Assembly (NCBI GenBank): GCA_017847835.1
Contig: JAGASH010000001.1
Coordinates: 7,270 to 71,269, forward strand
Direction of reading: 5' to 3'
Length of the DNA stretch: 64,000 nt
DNA from: Oscillospiraceae bacterium
Lineage (GTDB): Bacteria; Bacillota; Clostridia; Oscillospirales; Ruminococcaceae
Shown here: positions 9,246-18,401 of the stretch, piece by piece
Numbering within the stretch: the stretch's first letter is position 1
Layout of the letters: each line of letters opens with the position of its first letter
Program-made: the position numbers and the translations under genes
The notes under the pieces: generated by a model
Databases searched by the model: none
The model's input: the letters and a program-made list of their open reading frames with translations, nothing else
Told to the model about the DNA's origin: nothing

Positions 9246-9581
9246 TTGAAAGAGAGGGCTAACAGGCTTTATGAATTGCGTAAAAGCCGCAACCTCACAC
9301 AATCGGCTGTGGCGTTACGGCTGAACCTTTCTCTGTCGAGATTATCTGCCTATGAGAATGGCGAAAACATTCCTTGCGATGTGTTGAGGAGTTTTGCCGA
9401 TTTCTACGGTGTGTCCATTGACTACATACTGTGCTTCTCGGACGATAAGTCAAGCGGATTTACCGCAGGTCTTCGTCTTTCAGAACAGAAGCTGCTCGAT
9501 ATGTACAGAAATCTTGCACCTGATGCGAAAGCTCTGATTGACGGTATGGTGAACGGTTATGCCCCTCGAACAAGCAAGTAA
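9246..9581 (+). CDS. XRE-family HTH regulator
   Basis: LYELRKSRNLTQSAVALRLNLSLSRLSAYENGENIP...ADFYGVSIDYIL. Probable TTG start at 9246 after GGGGGTG. Confidence 0.9.
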   Translation: MKERANRLYELRKSRNLTQSAVALRLNLSLSRLSAYENGENIPCDVLRSFADFYGVSIDYILCFSDDKSSGFTAGLRLSEQKLLDMYRNLAPDAKALIDGMVNGYAPRTSK

Positions 9582-9731
9582 GAATGGAATAAAAGCCTGC
9601 GAACAGGGCAAAATATCACCTGCGATACCTTTTCGCAAATTATTTCCATTTATGATATTAAGACCAAATTCCGCATAACAAAGCGGGATTTTTTGTTTTT
9701 CTGACGAGAAAGTTGACGGCAAATAATCTTT

Positions 9732-10832
9732 TTAAGCAACCGAGAACAGCGCCGAAACCGACTTCATATACTCGGCTTTTTGTTCCATTGAGGAGTGAAC
9801 GTAGCGATTGAGCGTTATCTCCACACCGCTGTGTCCCAAGATTTCCGACAGAGATTTCACATCAACACCGAGTGCTATACAATTTGTGGCGAACAGATGG
9901 CGTAGCGAATGAAAAGATACATCAGACAATTTCAGTACTTTCAGAATGCGCTTGAACCGGTACTGCATAACTCGCGGCTCGACAATGCACCCTGTTCCCG
10001 AAAGAAGATAGCAGGAATTGTTAGCTTTAAACTCGGATAAAATCGGAATGATAAACTCCGGCAGAGGAATTTCCCGAACAGATGAGCTGCTCTTGGGCGA
10101 TGTCACAACCAACTTTGTAGCAGTATCTCCGTTGATGTTCTTAATTCGCTGAACGGTATTCCTGACGGTCAAAATTCTTTTTTCAAGATTGATATTCTCC
10201 CATTTCAGCGCACAAAGCTCCCCGATACGAATTCCCGTTGCTGCCGATAATAAAATACCGACATTTGAAAGTGTCGGATTTGCTATCAAATAATTGTTAA
10301 GCCGAGTCTGCTCCGTCTTGTCGAGCAGCTCTTTTTCTTTTGCCCTACCTTTGGGTATTTCCATAAATACCGATTTGTCCTCGTAACCGAAGCGTTTCTT
10401 ACCAAAGCGGCACACCGATTTGATTACTGCCACAATATCTGCGGTATATTTTGCGGAAAGCCCGCTTGACAGCTTTGCCTGAACAAAATCATTAAGTTTT
10501 TCAACCGTCAATCTTTCATAAAGCGTTTTTCCGAGCGATGAGCTGATGTGCTTTTCATATTTCATCTGATAGTTCATATAGGTGGACTCCTTGACTTTCA
10601 ACCGAATATCCGAAAACCACATTGAAAAAAGAATATTTAACGTCAAATTCTTCGGAACAGTAGAAACCGCTGTATTAACACGCTTTTCCGACAGCGCTGC
10701 TTTAACCTCTGCATATGTTTTCCCATAAATTGAGGAATATTTTGCCGTTCCGTCAGCCCTGACGCCGCTTTTATAGCGACCTTCCCAGCGACCGTCTTTT
10801 CTCTTGTAAATATTCTCTCCACGTCTTGCCAT
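9732..10832 (-). CDS. Tyrosine recombinase/integrase
   Basis: N-terminal RKDGRWEGRY arm-binding motif. Catalytic R (TGIRIGEL), K (PKSSSS), HSLRH, LGHS and RYVH all present. Confidence 0.95.
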   Translation of the reverse strand: MARRGENIYKRKDGRWEGRYKSGVRADGTAKYSSIYGKTYAEVKAALSEKRVNTAVSTVPKNLTLNILFSMWFSDIRLKVKESTYMNYQMKYEKHISSSLGKTLYERLTVEKLNDFVQAKLSSGLSAKYTADIVAVIKSVCRFGKKRFGYEDKSVFMEIPKGRAKEKELLDKTEQTRLNNYLIANPTLSNVGILLSAATGIRIGELCALKWENINLEKRILTVRNTVQRIKNINGDTATKLVVTSPKSSSSVREIPLPEFIIPILSEFKANNSCYLLSGTGCIVEPRVMQYRFKRILKVLKLSDVSFHSLRHLFATNCIALGVDVKSLSEILGHSGVEITLNRYVHSSMEQKAEYMKSVSALFSVA

Positions 10833-11073
10833 ATTGTAACCCCCGTTCTTGACAACATTTCTGACGGTAAATACGCTTGAAAAGAGCTTTTTTCTTTCCA
10901 GTTTTTCGCGTTTTTCGCTTCAGATTAGCTGTCTGCAATAAAATTCTCGTGATTTTTGGCTTTAGAATTGCGATTTTCAGTCGATTTTGCCTTTCACAAA
11001 TGGAAATAATTTGCGAAAATCCCACAATCATTATATTACAATTCACACCGGCAGTCCAACTGTGCAGAAACAG

Positions 11074-11140
11074 AAATTCCCGAAAAACGGAATATCATTC
11101 CTGAAACTCGGGATTTTTTCGGGAAAATATATGTTACAAT
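11074..11140 (+). promoter_or_regulatory. Promoter module B, homologous to module A
   Basis: aaattcccgaaaaacg is identical to 9087-9102. Half-sites at 11077 and 11098; TG-T-TACAAT at 11132-11140 with the same 37-bp offset as in module A. Confidence 0.65.
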
Positions 11141-11146
11141 AAAATT

Positions 11147-11700
11147 GCAGACGAGTTCAAACTAGTCTGATATAGCACATTGAAAATCGAATAGCAGTAT
11201 TTCAGATACTTTCCCTCGCGCAGCCTGACAAGGAGAAAGCGGCAGGCTCGATACGATGTCGAGGGGGTTACGCCAAAAGCGCTGCGGACGCAGTGCAGTT
11301 AAGCGTGACCTCAGCCTCGCGCCAAGACGTTTACTGTATCAAAAATCGGACAAGCCCTGCGTTTAGCAGAACGAGAAAACTCGTCAAAAATCCGTAAAAT
11401 GATACAAAACCGAGCGATAAAGAGCGGCTCCCGAAACCGATGTGGCAGTCGGTGCGCGATGACCTGCGCGAGGGGACAATGATACTTCCGTCCAGCCACA
11501 GTTCGACGCAATGGGGGCGGCTTCATGAGAACCATGTTGAGGTGAAAGACCTATGACGCTGCAAGGCTAAGCAGCGGTCTGAAATACTCCCATATAGTCG
11601 GGGCGCGGGGCAAATACGACAATTTTTACAGGCAAACAGCGGAGAAATCCGCTTTAACATAAGATTTCGGCTCTGTGTTTTTGCAGAGCCGAGATTTTAC
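11147..11700 (+). ncRNA. Candidate large structured non-coding RNA / leader upstream of mazF
   Basis: Perfect long-range helices 11196-11206/11578-11588 and 11213-11223/11464-11474. Loop 11441-11446 is complementary to 11495-11500 (pseudoknot). Many local hairpins and no credible ORF. Confidence 0.72.
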
Positions 11701-11703
11701 ATA

Positions 11704-12084
11704 ATGGGAGAAATGAAAATGAACAAAAAAAGAATAAAGCGCGGGGAAATCTACCTCGCAAATCTTGAACCAAAAATCGGCAGCGAACAGGGCGGCTTTC
11801 GTCCGGTGGTGATTCTGCAAAACAATGTTGGCAACAAGCACAGCCCGACTACAATCGCCGCGCCAATCACAACAAAACGTATTCCGAACAGGCTTCCCGT
11901 GCACGTTTTCACGTTCGCGGGGAGTTCGGGTTTGCCGCAAAATTCGAGCATAATGCTTGAGCAAATCCGAGTTCTCGACAAATCGCGCTTGACCGACTAT
12001 ATCGGCAAAATCAACGATTTCACAATGGACGAGGTTGACCGAGCACTGAAAATAAGCGTGGGTTTAAACTCAAAATACAACTGA
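11704..12084 (+). CDS. mazF: PemK/MazF-family endoribonuclease toxin (probable start 11719)
   Basis: KRGEIYLANLEPKIGSEQGGFRPVVILQNNVGNKHSPTTIAAPIT...LEQIRVLDKSRL. Confidence 0.93.
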   Translation: MGEMKMNKKRIKRGEIYLANLEPKIGSEQGGFRPVVILQNNVGNKHSPTTIAAPITTKRIPNRLPVHVFTFAGSSGLPQNSSIMLEQIRVLDKSRLTDYIGKINDFTMDEVDRALKISVGLNSKYN

Positions 12085-12092
12085 GGTGAAGA

Positions 12093-12233
12093 ATGGATAA
12101 CGAGGCAATTATCAACTACAAATTCTACTTGTGCAAGATTTTTCTGGACAAGATTTTAGCCGAAAAATTGATTACAAAATCACAGAGAGCAAGCCTTGAA
12201 AACGCTGTTATAAAGCGGCTTTCGGGACTTTGA
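12093..12233 (+). CDS. Small SHOCT-like protein (46 aa)
   Basis: Not in the ORF track. GAGGTG RBS; MDNEAIINYKFYLCKIFLDKILAEKLITKSQRASLENAVIKRLSGL. Such small ORFs commonly precede recombinase triplets. Confidence 0.6.
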   Translation: MDNEAIINYKFYLCKIFLDKILAEKLITKSQRASLENAVIKRLSGL

Positions 12234-12348
12234 ACTAATGTCACTTTTCGTCAATTTTGATGCAAAAATCCGCAGATATTTTGTCCGGTTTGGTGATAGA
12301 TTAAGCGAAAATTTTTCGGTATAATGTGTTGCGAAAGGAGATGAGAAA

Positions 12349-13884
12349 ATGGCTGAAATCACGATAATTCCTGCGAAAAATCAGCCGTCGGAAATTGTCC
12401 GAACTGCCGCTTACGCGCGAGTTTCAAGCGACAGCGAAGACCAGCTGAACTCGTTTGCAGCGCAAATTCGCTACTACACCGAGCTGCTCAAAAACAGCAC
12501 CGACGCGGTGCTCGTGGATATGTATGCGGACGAGGGAATCACCGGAACTTCGGCGGCAAAACGTCCGGATTTTCAGCGACTGATGAGCGACTGCCGAAAG
12601 GGAAAAATCGACCGAATTCTCACAAAATCCGTGTCAAGATTTGCGCGAAACACAACCGAATGTCTGGCGGCAGTACGCGAGCTGAAAGCGCTTGGAATAA
12701 GCGTTTACTTCGAAAAAGAGGACATCGAAACCGCCGAAATCAGCACGGAAATGCTGCTGACTTTGTACAGTCAATTCGCGCAGGAAGAGTCGATTTCAAT
12801 ATCAAAAAATGTGCGAATGGGCATCCAAAAACAAATGTCTGACGGAACCTACAAAAATCCCTCGGTGCCTTACGGTTTTATTTATGACAACGGAAAAATA
12901 ATTCCTGTCAAAGAAAAAGCAGAAACGGTTCGCCGAATTTTCAAGTGGTACGTTGATGGAATTGGAGCGGAAGAAATTTCGGTGAGATTAAACCGGATTA
13001 ACATTCCGGCACCGTACGGAAAATGCTGGCGAACAAATCAAATTCTGAGAATTCTAACCAATGAAAAATACGTCGGCGACACGCTTCTGCAAAAGAGATT
13101 CACAACAGATGCCCTTCCGTTCCGATTGGTCGAAAACCGTGGCGAGAAGCCAAAATTCTACATTCGGGAAACGCACGAGCCGATAGTTCAGCGCGAAATT
13201 TTTGACAAGGTTCAGTCGTTGCTAAAGTCAAGGAAACCAAACGTTGATTTCACATCACAAAAGAGTGTGTTCAGCGGAAAAATCAAATGCGGACGTTGCG
13301 GCTGCACATTTAGACGAAAGAAAAACCGCGAAAAAATCTATTGGGTCTGCCGAAATCACGACCATAAAAGTCTCACGGAGTGTGAAATTCGGCAAATTCG
13401 CGAAAGTGTATTTCAAGCGGCATTTGTGAGATTGTGGAACAAGCTCCAAGCGCATTACAAAGCCGTTCTTATACCAATGATAAAGCAGTTTGAAATGCTT
13501 TACGAAAAAGAAAAATCAGGTGATTTTCAGCTCGCAAATCTGCGGAGAGAAATCGCGGAAATAAAGCAGCAAATCCACTTGCTGACCGTGCTGAACTCGC
13601 AGGGAACGCTGGATGATGCGTACTTCAAATCGCGCTCGCAGGAGCTTGACAGGAAGCTGATGACAGCGCAAAAACAACTCCGCGCAAGCCTTGATGATGA
13701 GGAAAACGAACGGCTTGACGAGCTGCGAAAACTGATTGCAATTCTCGAAAAATCCGCGCAGATAACCAAATTTGACGAGATAAAATTCGGGCAAATCGTG
13801 AGCAAAATCACGGTGCTTTCGGAGTCGGAAATACGGTTCGATATAATCGGCGGAATTGGCTTTACAGAGCAGATTGAGAGGTGA
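12349..13884 (+). CDS. Large serine recombinase (resolvase + recombinase + Zn-ribbon + coiled coil)
   Basis: AAYARVSSD catalytic Ser, TKSVSRFARN, NEKYVGD, KCGRCG...WVCRNH. Confidence 0.95.
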   Translation: MAEITIIPAKNQPSEIVRTAAYARVSSDSEDQLNSFAAQIRYYTELLKNSTDAVLVDMYADEGITGTSAAKRPDFQRLMSDCRKGKIDRILTKSVSRFARNTTECLAAVRELKALGISVYFEKEDIETAEISTEMLLTLYSQFAQEESISISKNVRMGIQKQMSDGTYKNPSVPYGFIYDNGKIIPVKEKAETVRRIFKWYVDGIGAEEISVRLNRINIPAPYGKCWRTNQILRILTNEKYVGDTLLQKRFTTDALPFRLVENRGEKPKFYIRETHEPIVQREIFDKVQSLLKSRKPNVDFTSQKSVFSGKIKCGRCGCTFRRKKNREKIYWVCRNHDHKSLTECEIRQIRESVFQAAFVRLWNKLQAHYKAVLIPMIKQFEMLYEKEKSGDFQLANLRREIAEIKQQIHLLTVLNSQGTLDDAYFKSRSQELDRKLMTAQKQLRASLDDEENERLDELRKLIAILEKSAQITKFDEIKFGQIVSKITVLSESEIRFDIIGGIGFTEQIER

Positions 13885-13888
13885 CAAA

Positions 13889-14398
13889 ATGCTGAAAAAC
13901 AGAAGTATTCCGTTCGGGTATTGCGTGGTAAACGGCAGCTTTGCGGTGAACGAAATCGAAGCCGAAGCGGTACGGAAAATCTTCGCGGACTATATATGCG
14001 GGAAATCGCTGAAAACTATCGCTGCCGAAATGAAAATTCCCTACAATTCGGGCAAAACTTGGAATAAAAACACGATAAGCCGAATCCTCGACAACAAAAA
14101 ATACACCGGCGAAAACGGCTGTCCGAGGATAATTTCCGATGAGGATTTCTTGCGTGTGTCGCAAATAAAATCCGAGCGCAATAAGTGCCGTAAACCAGCT
14201 CTGCGAGCCGATTTGCAGGATAATCAACAAGCGGATTTCACGGCAACCGAATATGTTTCAAACGAAGAAATTGAACGGATTTCAAATGAGATAAAACGAC
14301 TTTTGCAAGCGGAAAATTCTGAAAAAGAAACGATTGAAAACTTGATTTTAAAGTGTGCGAAAATGAAATATTCTGCGATAATCGAGGTGAAAAAATGA
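13889..14398 (+). CDS. Small recombinase-domain protein (middle gene of the triplet)
   Basis: RSIPFGYC, EAEAVRKIFADYICGKSLKTIA, ILDNKKYTG; lacks the catalytic resolvase domain. Confidence 0.85.
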   Translation: MLKNRSIPFGYCVVNGSFAVNEIEAEAVRKIFADYICGKSLKTIAAEMKIPYNSGKTWNKNTISRILDNKKYTGENGCPRIISDEDFLRVSQIKSERNKCRKPALRADLQDNQQADFTATEYVSNEEIERISNEIKRLLQAENSEKETIENLILKCAKMKYSAIIEVKK

Positions 14399-16023
14399 CG
14401 GAAACAGACGTTGCGAATAAGCCGAAAATCATCGTAATTCCGGCGAAAAATCGCGATGAAATTCGGCGAAAAACGCGCTTGAAAGTTGCCGCGTACTGTC
14501 GCGTCAGCACCGACCAAGAGGAGCAGGAATCGAGCTACGAAGCGCAGATTTCCTACTACACCGAGAAGATAAAAAACAACTCGGAATGGGCGCTCGCGGG
14601 GATTTTCGCGGACGAGGGAATCACCGGAACTCAGGCGAAAAAACGCCCCGAATTTCTCAAAATGATTAGTCTTTGCCGGCAGCGAAAAATCGACCTCATT
14701 CTCACAAAATCTTTGTCAAGATTTGCACGAAACACGGTTGACAGCCTGAACTACATACGCGAGCTGAAAGCGCTTGGCATTGCGGTTTTCTTCGAGAAAG
14801 AGAACATAAACACGCTTGATTCGGACACCGAAATGATGCTGACGATTATGTCCTGTTTCGCGCAGGCAGAATCGGAATCAATCAGCAAAAATGTGTCGTG
14901 GGGCATTCGGCAGAGCTTCAAAAACGGCAAGGTTACGCTTCAGTTTTCCCGGCTGCTCGGGTATCGGAAGGGCGCGGACGGAAACGCAGAAATTGACGGC
15001 GATGAGGCGAAAATTGTTCAAGATATTTTTCGCTGCTATCTCGAGGGAATGAGCTTGAATCTGATTGCGGACAGGCTTAACGACAGGGGTTTGAAGACAA
15101 AGGGGAACGGCTCGCCGTACCGAAAAGAGGTTGTTCGGCGCATTCTCACGAACGAAAAATATGTCGGCGACGCGCTTTTGCAGAAGACTTTTATTACCGA
15201 TTGCATCACGAAAAAATCGCGGAAAAACAACGGAGAATTGCCGATGTATCTGGTGAAAAATCATCACGAGCCGATAATTTCACGCGTTGATTTTAACCGC
15301 GTTCAAGAGGAAATGGCGCGGCGTTCGGCGAAGCGTGTGATTGCCGATAAGCTAGGCAAAAAGGGGAAATACAGCGCGAAATATGCTCTCTCGGAGCTTC
15401 TGGTTTGCGGTGAATGTGGGGCAAATTATCGGCGGGTGACTTGGACTGCAAAGGGTTACAAGGAGATAAAATGGCGGTGCGTCAACCGTTTGTTGTATGG
15501 AAAAAAAGAGTGCAAGTGTTCGCCGACGATTGATGAGAAATCGCTTCACAAGGGGATTGTAAGTGCAATAAACGAGTTTTGTGATGTCAAGGAAGATGTC
15601 GCGAAAGTGCTTCGGGAGAGCGTTTGCGAGGTGCTTGACCCGAACCAAAACGGCAGCGTGAAAGCGGCACAGCAGAGAATTAACGAGCTTGCGATGAATA
15701 TTGACGAATTGATTAAGCTGGCGACTGAACCCGAAAATACGAAAGATGCGATGAGTGATATCGAGAAATTCAGCGAGGAAATGAAAAATCTCCGTGAGTT
15801 TATTGAGAGCGAAAAGCGAAAAAACGCTGCCGCTGAAAGTAATTCCGGGCAGCTTAACGCCGTGCTTGAACGGATTGAAAACGAGGATTTCAAGCTGACA
15901 GAATATGATGATGTAGCGGTGAGGCAGCTTGTTGAACGGGTTGTGGTTGAGAGCAAAAACTGTATAACGGTGCGGTTTAAGGGCGGGTTTGAGGTGAGAA
16001 AGGAACTGGAAAATGACGGTTGA
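14395..16023 (+). CDS. Large serine recombinase
   Basis: AAYCRVSTD, TKSLSRFARN, NEKYVGD, VCGECG...WRCVNR. Confidence 0.95.
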   Translation: MTETDVANKPKIIVIPAKNRDEIRRKTRLKVAAYCRVSTDQEEQESSYEAQISYYTEKIKNNSEWALAGIFADEGITGTQAKKRPEFLKMISLCRQRKIDLILTKSLSRFARNTVDSLNYIRELKALGIAVFFEKENINTLDSDTEMMLTIMSCFAQAESESISKNVSWGIRQSFKNGKVTLQFSRLLGYRKGADGNAEIDGDEAKIVQDIFRCYLEGMSLNLIADRLNDRGLKTKGNGSPYRKEVVRRILTNEKYVGDALLQKTFITDCITKKSRKNNGELPMYLVKNHHEPIISRVDFNRVQEEMARRSAKRVIADKLGKKGKYSAKYALSELLVCGECGANYRRVTWTAKGYKEIKWRCVNRLLYGKKECKCSPTIDEKSLHKGIVSAINEFCDVKEDVAKVLRESVCEVLDPNQNGSVKAAQQRINELAMNIDELIKLATEPENTKDAMSDIEKFSEEMKNLREFIESEKRKNAAAESNSGQLNAVLERIENEDFKLTEYDDVAVRQLVERVVVESKNCITVRFKGGFEVRKELENDG

Positions 16024-16396
16024 AAAGAAAGGAATCACGGTCAAAGTCGATGCGGAACTTCATGCGGAGGTTCGGCAGTATCTTGAGGAAAATGGGCTGA
16101 CAATGGCGGAGTTTGTTGCGAAGTCGCTTCGGGACGAGCTTCACCCGAAATTTGCGGAGGAAAAATCTATGGAAAATATGCGGACGCTGGCTTTTCAGGT
16201 GCCGGAGGAACTTTTTCGGAAAATCAAGGACTACTTGCAGCGCAATAATTTGACGCAGAAGGAGTTTGTGATTGGGCTGATTGAGAATGAAATTGAGCGG
16301 GATTTGGCGCAGAGGCAAGCCGAGGGCGAGATTGCGGAGAATCTTGAACGGAGTGAGTTTGAGGGCGACGATATGGGTATGTCGATGAGAATGTGA
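16013..16396 (+). CDS. Small protein, probably tandem ribbon-helix-helix DNA-binding domains
   Basis: Two RHH-like segments: KGITVKVDAELHAEVRQYL and RTLAFQVPEELFRKIKDYL. Confidence 0.6.
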   Translation: MTVEKKGITVKVDAELHAEVRQYLEENGLTMAEFVAKSLRDELHPKFAEEKSMENMRTLAFQVPEELFRKIKDYLQRNNLTQKEFVIGLIENEIERDLAQRQAEGEIAENLERSEFEGDDMGMSMRM

Positions 16397-16440
16397 AATA
16401 GTACAAATTATTGTGTCGCATTTTGGCGAAAAGGGAGAAT

Positions 16441-16514
16441 TTGTTACAGGTTGCGCAGGATTTTGACATCTTGCGCATTGATGGGTTGAAAAGTGAACAA
16501 GAATATATTATAAT
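16441..16514 (+). repeat. Promoter-containing intergenic module, copy 1
   Basis: 16441-16491 matches 27747-27797 at 42/51 nt with no gaps; TTGAAA-17-TATAAT. Confidence 0.7.
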
Positions 16515-16570
16515 AGTATATGAAAGCAATATTATTGTTCTCTTCAATGTATTATCAATAAGGGTGTGAC

Positions 16571-17189
16571 TTGAACGAACTCCAACTATAACGAATACAA
16601 AAGATTTTCCCTTGAAGAAGCATCGGATTGGGGAAGAAAAAACTATGGGAATTGGCTGCCGGAACTTCAAAATCAAGATTACTCGCCGCAGACTCCTGCC
16701 GAGGAATTCTTCAGGTACTATACTCAAGGTCCGAATAGTTTTTTTAGTAGACTAGCCAGACGCGATGAAATTGATACATTTGATTTTAGCGATAGCATTT
16801 TCAAAAAGGAAATGTTTGATGACAGTGTTCACGAAATCAATTCCCATCCAATTCCGGACGATATAGTTGTTTACAGATATGTTCCTAAACTACTCATAAG
16901 TTGTATGCTGGAGTGGGGTGGCTCAAAATCATTGAAAAAGAACGCTATTCTTATTGACAAAGGGTTCTTTAGTACGACATTATCTTTAGAAGCTGTTGCT
17001 GAACAGCCATACGCTACTTTAAAAAACCGTTCCTTGTTTACTGTTTATGTTCCAAAGGGAACGCCGGCTGTATATGTCGATTTGGTTTCTGATATGAACG
17101 AGCAGGAAATGCTTTTTGCTCCGGGGATAAGGCTTAAGGTGATTAGTAAGCATTTCTTGGGTAAAGTTGTAGAGTGTATCGTTTGTTAA
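16571..17189 (+). pseudogene. VIP2/C3-like mono-ADP-ribosyltransferase, frameshifted just after the start codon
   Basis: Frame open from 16575 (EEASDWGRKNYGNW...VVYRYV...GFFSTTL...NEQEMLF; R-STT-ExE). The TTG at 16571 is out of frame because of ttGAACGAACtcc; removing one GAAC gives MNSNYNEYKR. Confidence 0.75.
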
Positions 17190-17250
17190 GTTAATTTGTG
17201 AATTGGAAAACTCCTTTCAGAGTGGTTTTTCATAAAAATGTAGATGCTGT

Positions 17251-17293
17251 TTTGGCAAGCAAAAAAATTTGTGATTTTGCACAAATGCTATCT
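17251..17293 (+). repeat. Intergenic repeat, copy 1 (TTGTG-N6-CACAA core)
   Basis: tttggcaagcaaaaaaatttgtgattttgcacaaatgctatct is near-identical to 23024-23065. Confidence 0.7.
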
Positions 17294-17504
17294 TGTGTAA
17301 CTCCACTTAATCCTTGCGAAAGAGTTTAAAATCACGCATACGCTTATCCAAAAACAATTCAAATTGCAGTATATAAAAGAAAAGCAAAATAGTACTTTTG
17401 CGAGATGTGGTGTGAACAAAAATGAAAAAGTAATTGAAAAATTGCAGAATATGTGATATAATTATTATTGGATGATTGTAACCACAGCTCTGAAAGGGGT
17501 TTTT

Positions 17505-18392
17505 ATGAAATATACAACTGTTAAGCCTTTTATCAAGTGGGCAGGCGGAAAAAGCCAGCTCCTCAATGAGATACGGGCAAAGTATCCCGACAAGATAGAT
17601 AAATACTGTGAGCCTTTTGTTGGTGGCGGTGCGGTTCTGCTTGATGTCCTTGCAAACTGCCACCCTAAAGAGGTTCTGATTAACGATATTAACGCAGAGC
17701 TTGTGAACACATATATGCAGATTAAGAATAATGTTGACGAGCTGGTAAATCTTCTTTCAGATATGCAGGAGAGCTTTTGGGCAAAAAGTGATGCCGACCG
17801 CAAGGTTATGTATATTGCCAAGCGTAAGCGGTTTAATGACTTGAAGGTCAACGGCGATGATCAAGTCAACCTTGAAAAAGCCGTTTTGTTTATCTTCCTC
17901 AACAAAACCTGCTTTAACGGTCTTTATCGTGTAAACAGCAAGGGGCTTTTCAATGTTCCTATGGGCGCATACAAAAATCCGCCTATCTGCGATGCTGAAA
18001 ACCTACGACTTATCAGCAAACTCTTGCAGAACGTGCAGGTAAAATGTGGAGATTACAGCGAGTGTGCGGAGTTTATCGACAAGAACACCTTCGTCTATAT
18101 TGATCCCCCCTACCGTCCGCTTACCGCTACCGCTTCGTTTACCTCCTACTCCGAGAACGAGTTTGGAGATAAACAACAGATTGAGCTGGGAAAGTTTATT
18201 GATGATATTACTGCCGCAGGGGCAAAGGTAGTCGCAAGCAATTCCGATCCCAAAAACTCCGATACCGGTGATGATTTCTTTGATGATCTCTACTCGTCAT
18301 ATTCTATTTCAAGAGTATCGGCAAAGAGAATGATAAACAGCAAGGCAAGCAACAGAGGCAGCATAAACGAGCTGCTTATCTGTAATTTTTGA
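17505..18392 (+). CDS. dpnM: Dam/DpnM-like N6-adenine methyltransferase (GATC)
   Basis: VKPFIKWAGGKSQLL, YCEPFVGGGAV, LINDIN, FNGLYRVN, YIDPPY. Confidence 0.92.
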   Translation: MKYTTVKPFIKWAGGKSQLLNEIRAKYPDKIDKYCEPFVGGGAVLLDVLANCHPKEVLINDINAELVNTYMQIKNNVDELVNLLSDMQESFWAKSDADRKVMYIAKRKRFNDLKVNGDDQVNLEKAVLFIFLNKTCFNGLYRVNSKGLFNVPMGAYKNPPICDAENLRLISKLLQNVQVKCGDYSECAEFIDKNTFVYIDPPYRPLTATASFTSYSENEFGDKQQIELGKFIDDITAAGAKVVASNSDPKNSDTGDDFFDDLYSSYSISRVSAKRMINSKASNRGSINELLICNF

Positions 18393-18401
18393 GGTGGTAG
18401 T

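Noticed and set aside
11311-11535. 74-aa minus-strand ORF (and the 112-aa ORF at 11626-11964)
   Set aside because: No RBS or recognisable motif; they overlap the structured RNA and mazF on the opposite strand.
11147-11700. Group II intron, T-box, SAM/FMN/cobalamin riboswitch or CRISPR interpretation of the leader
   Set aside because: No domain V consensus, no T-box bulge, no riboswitch core and no regularly spaced repeats.
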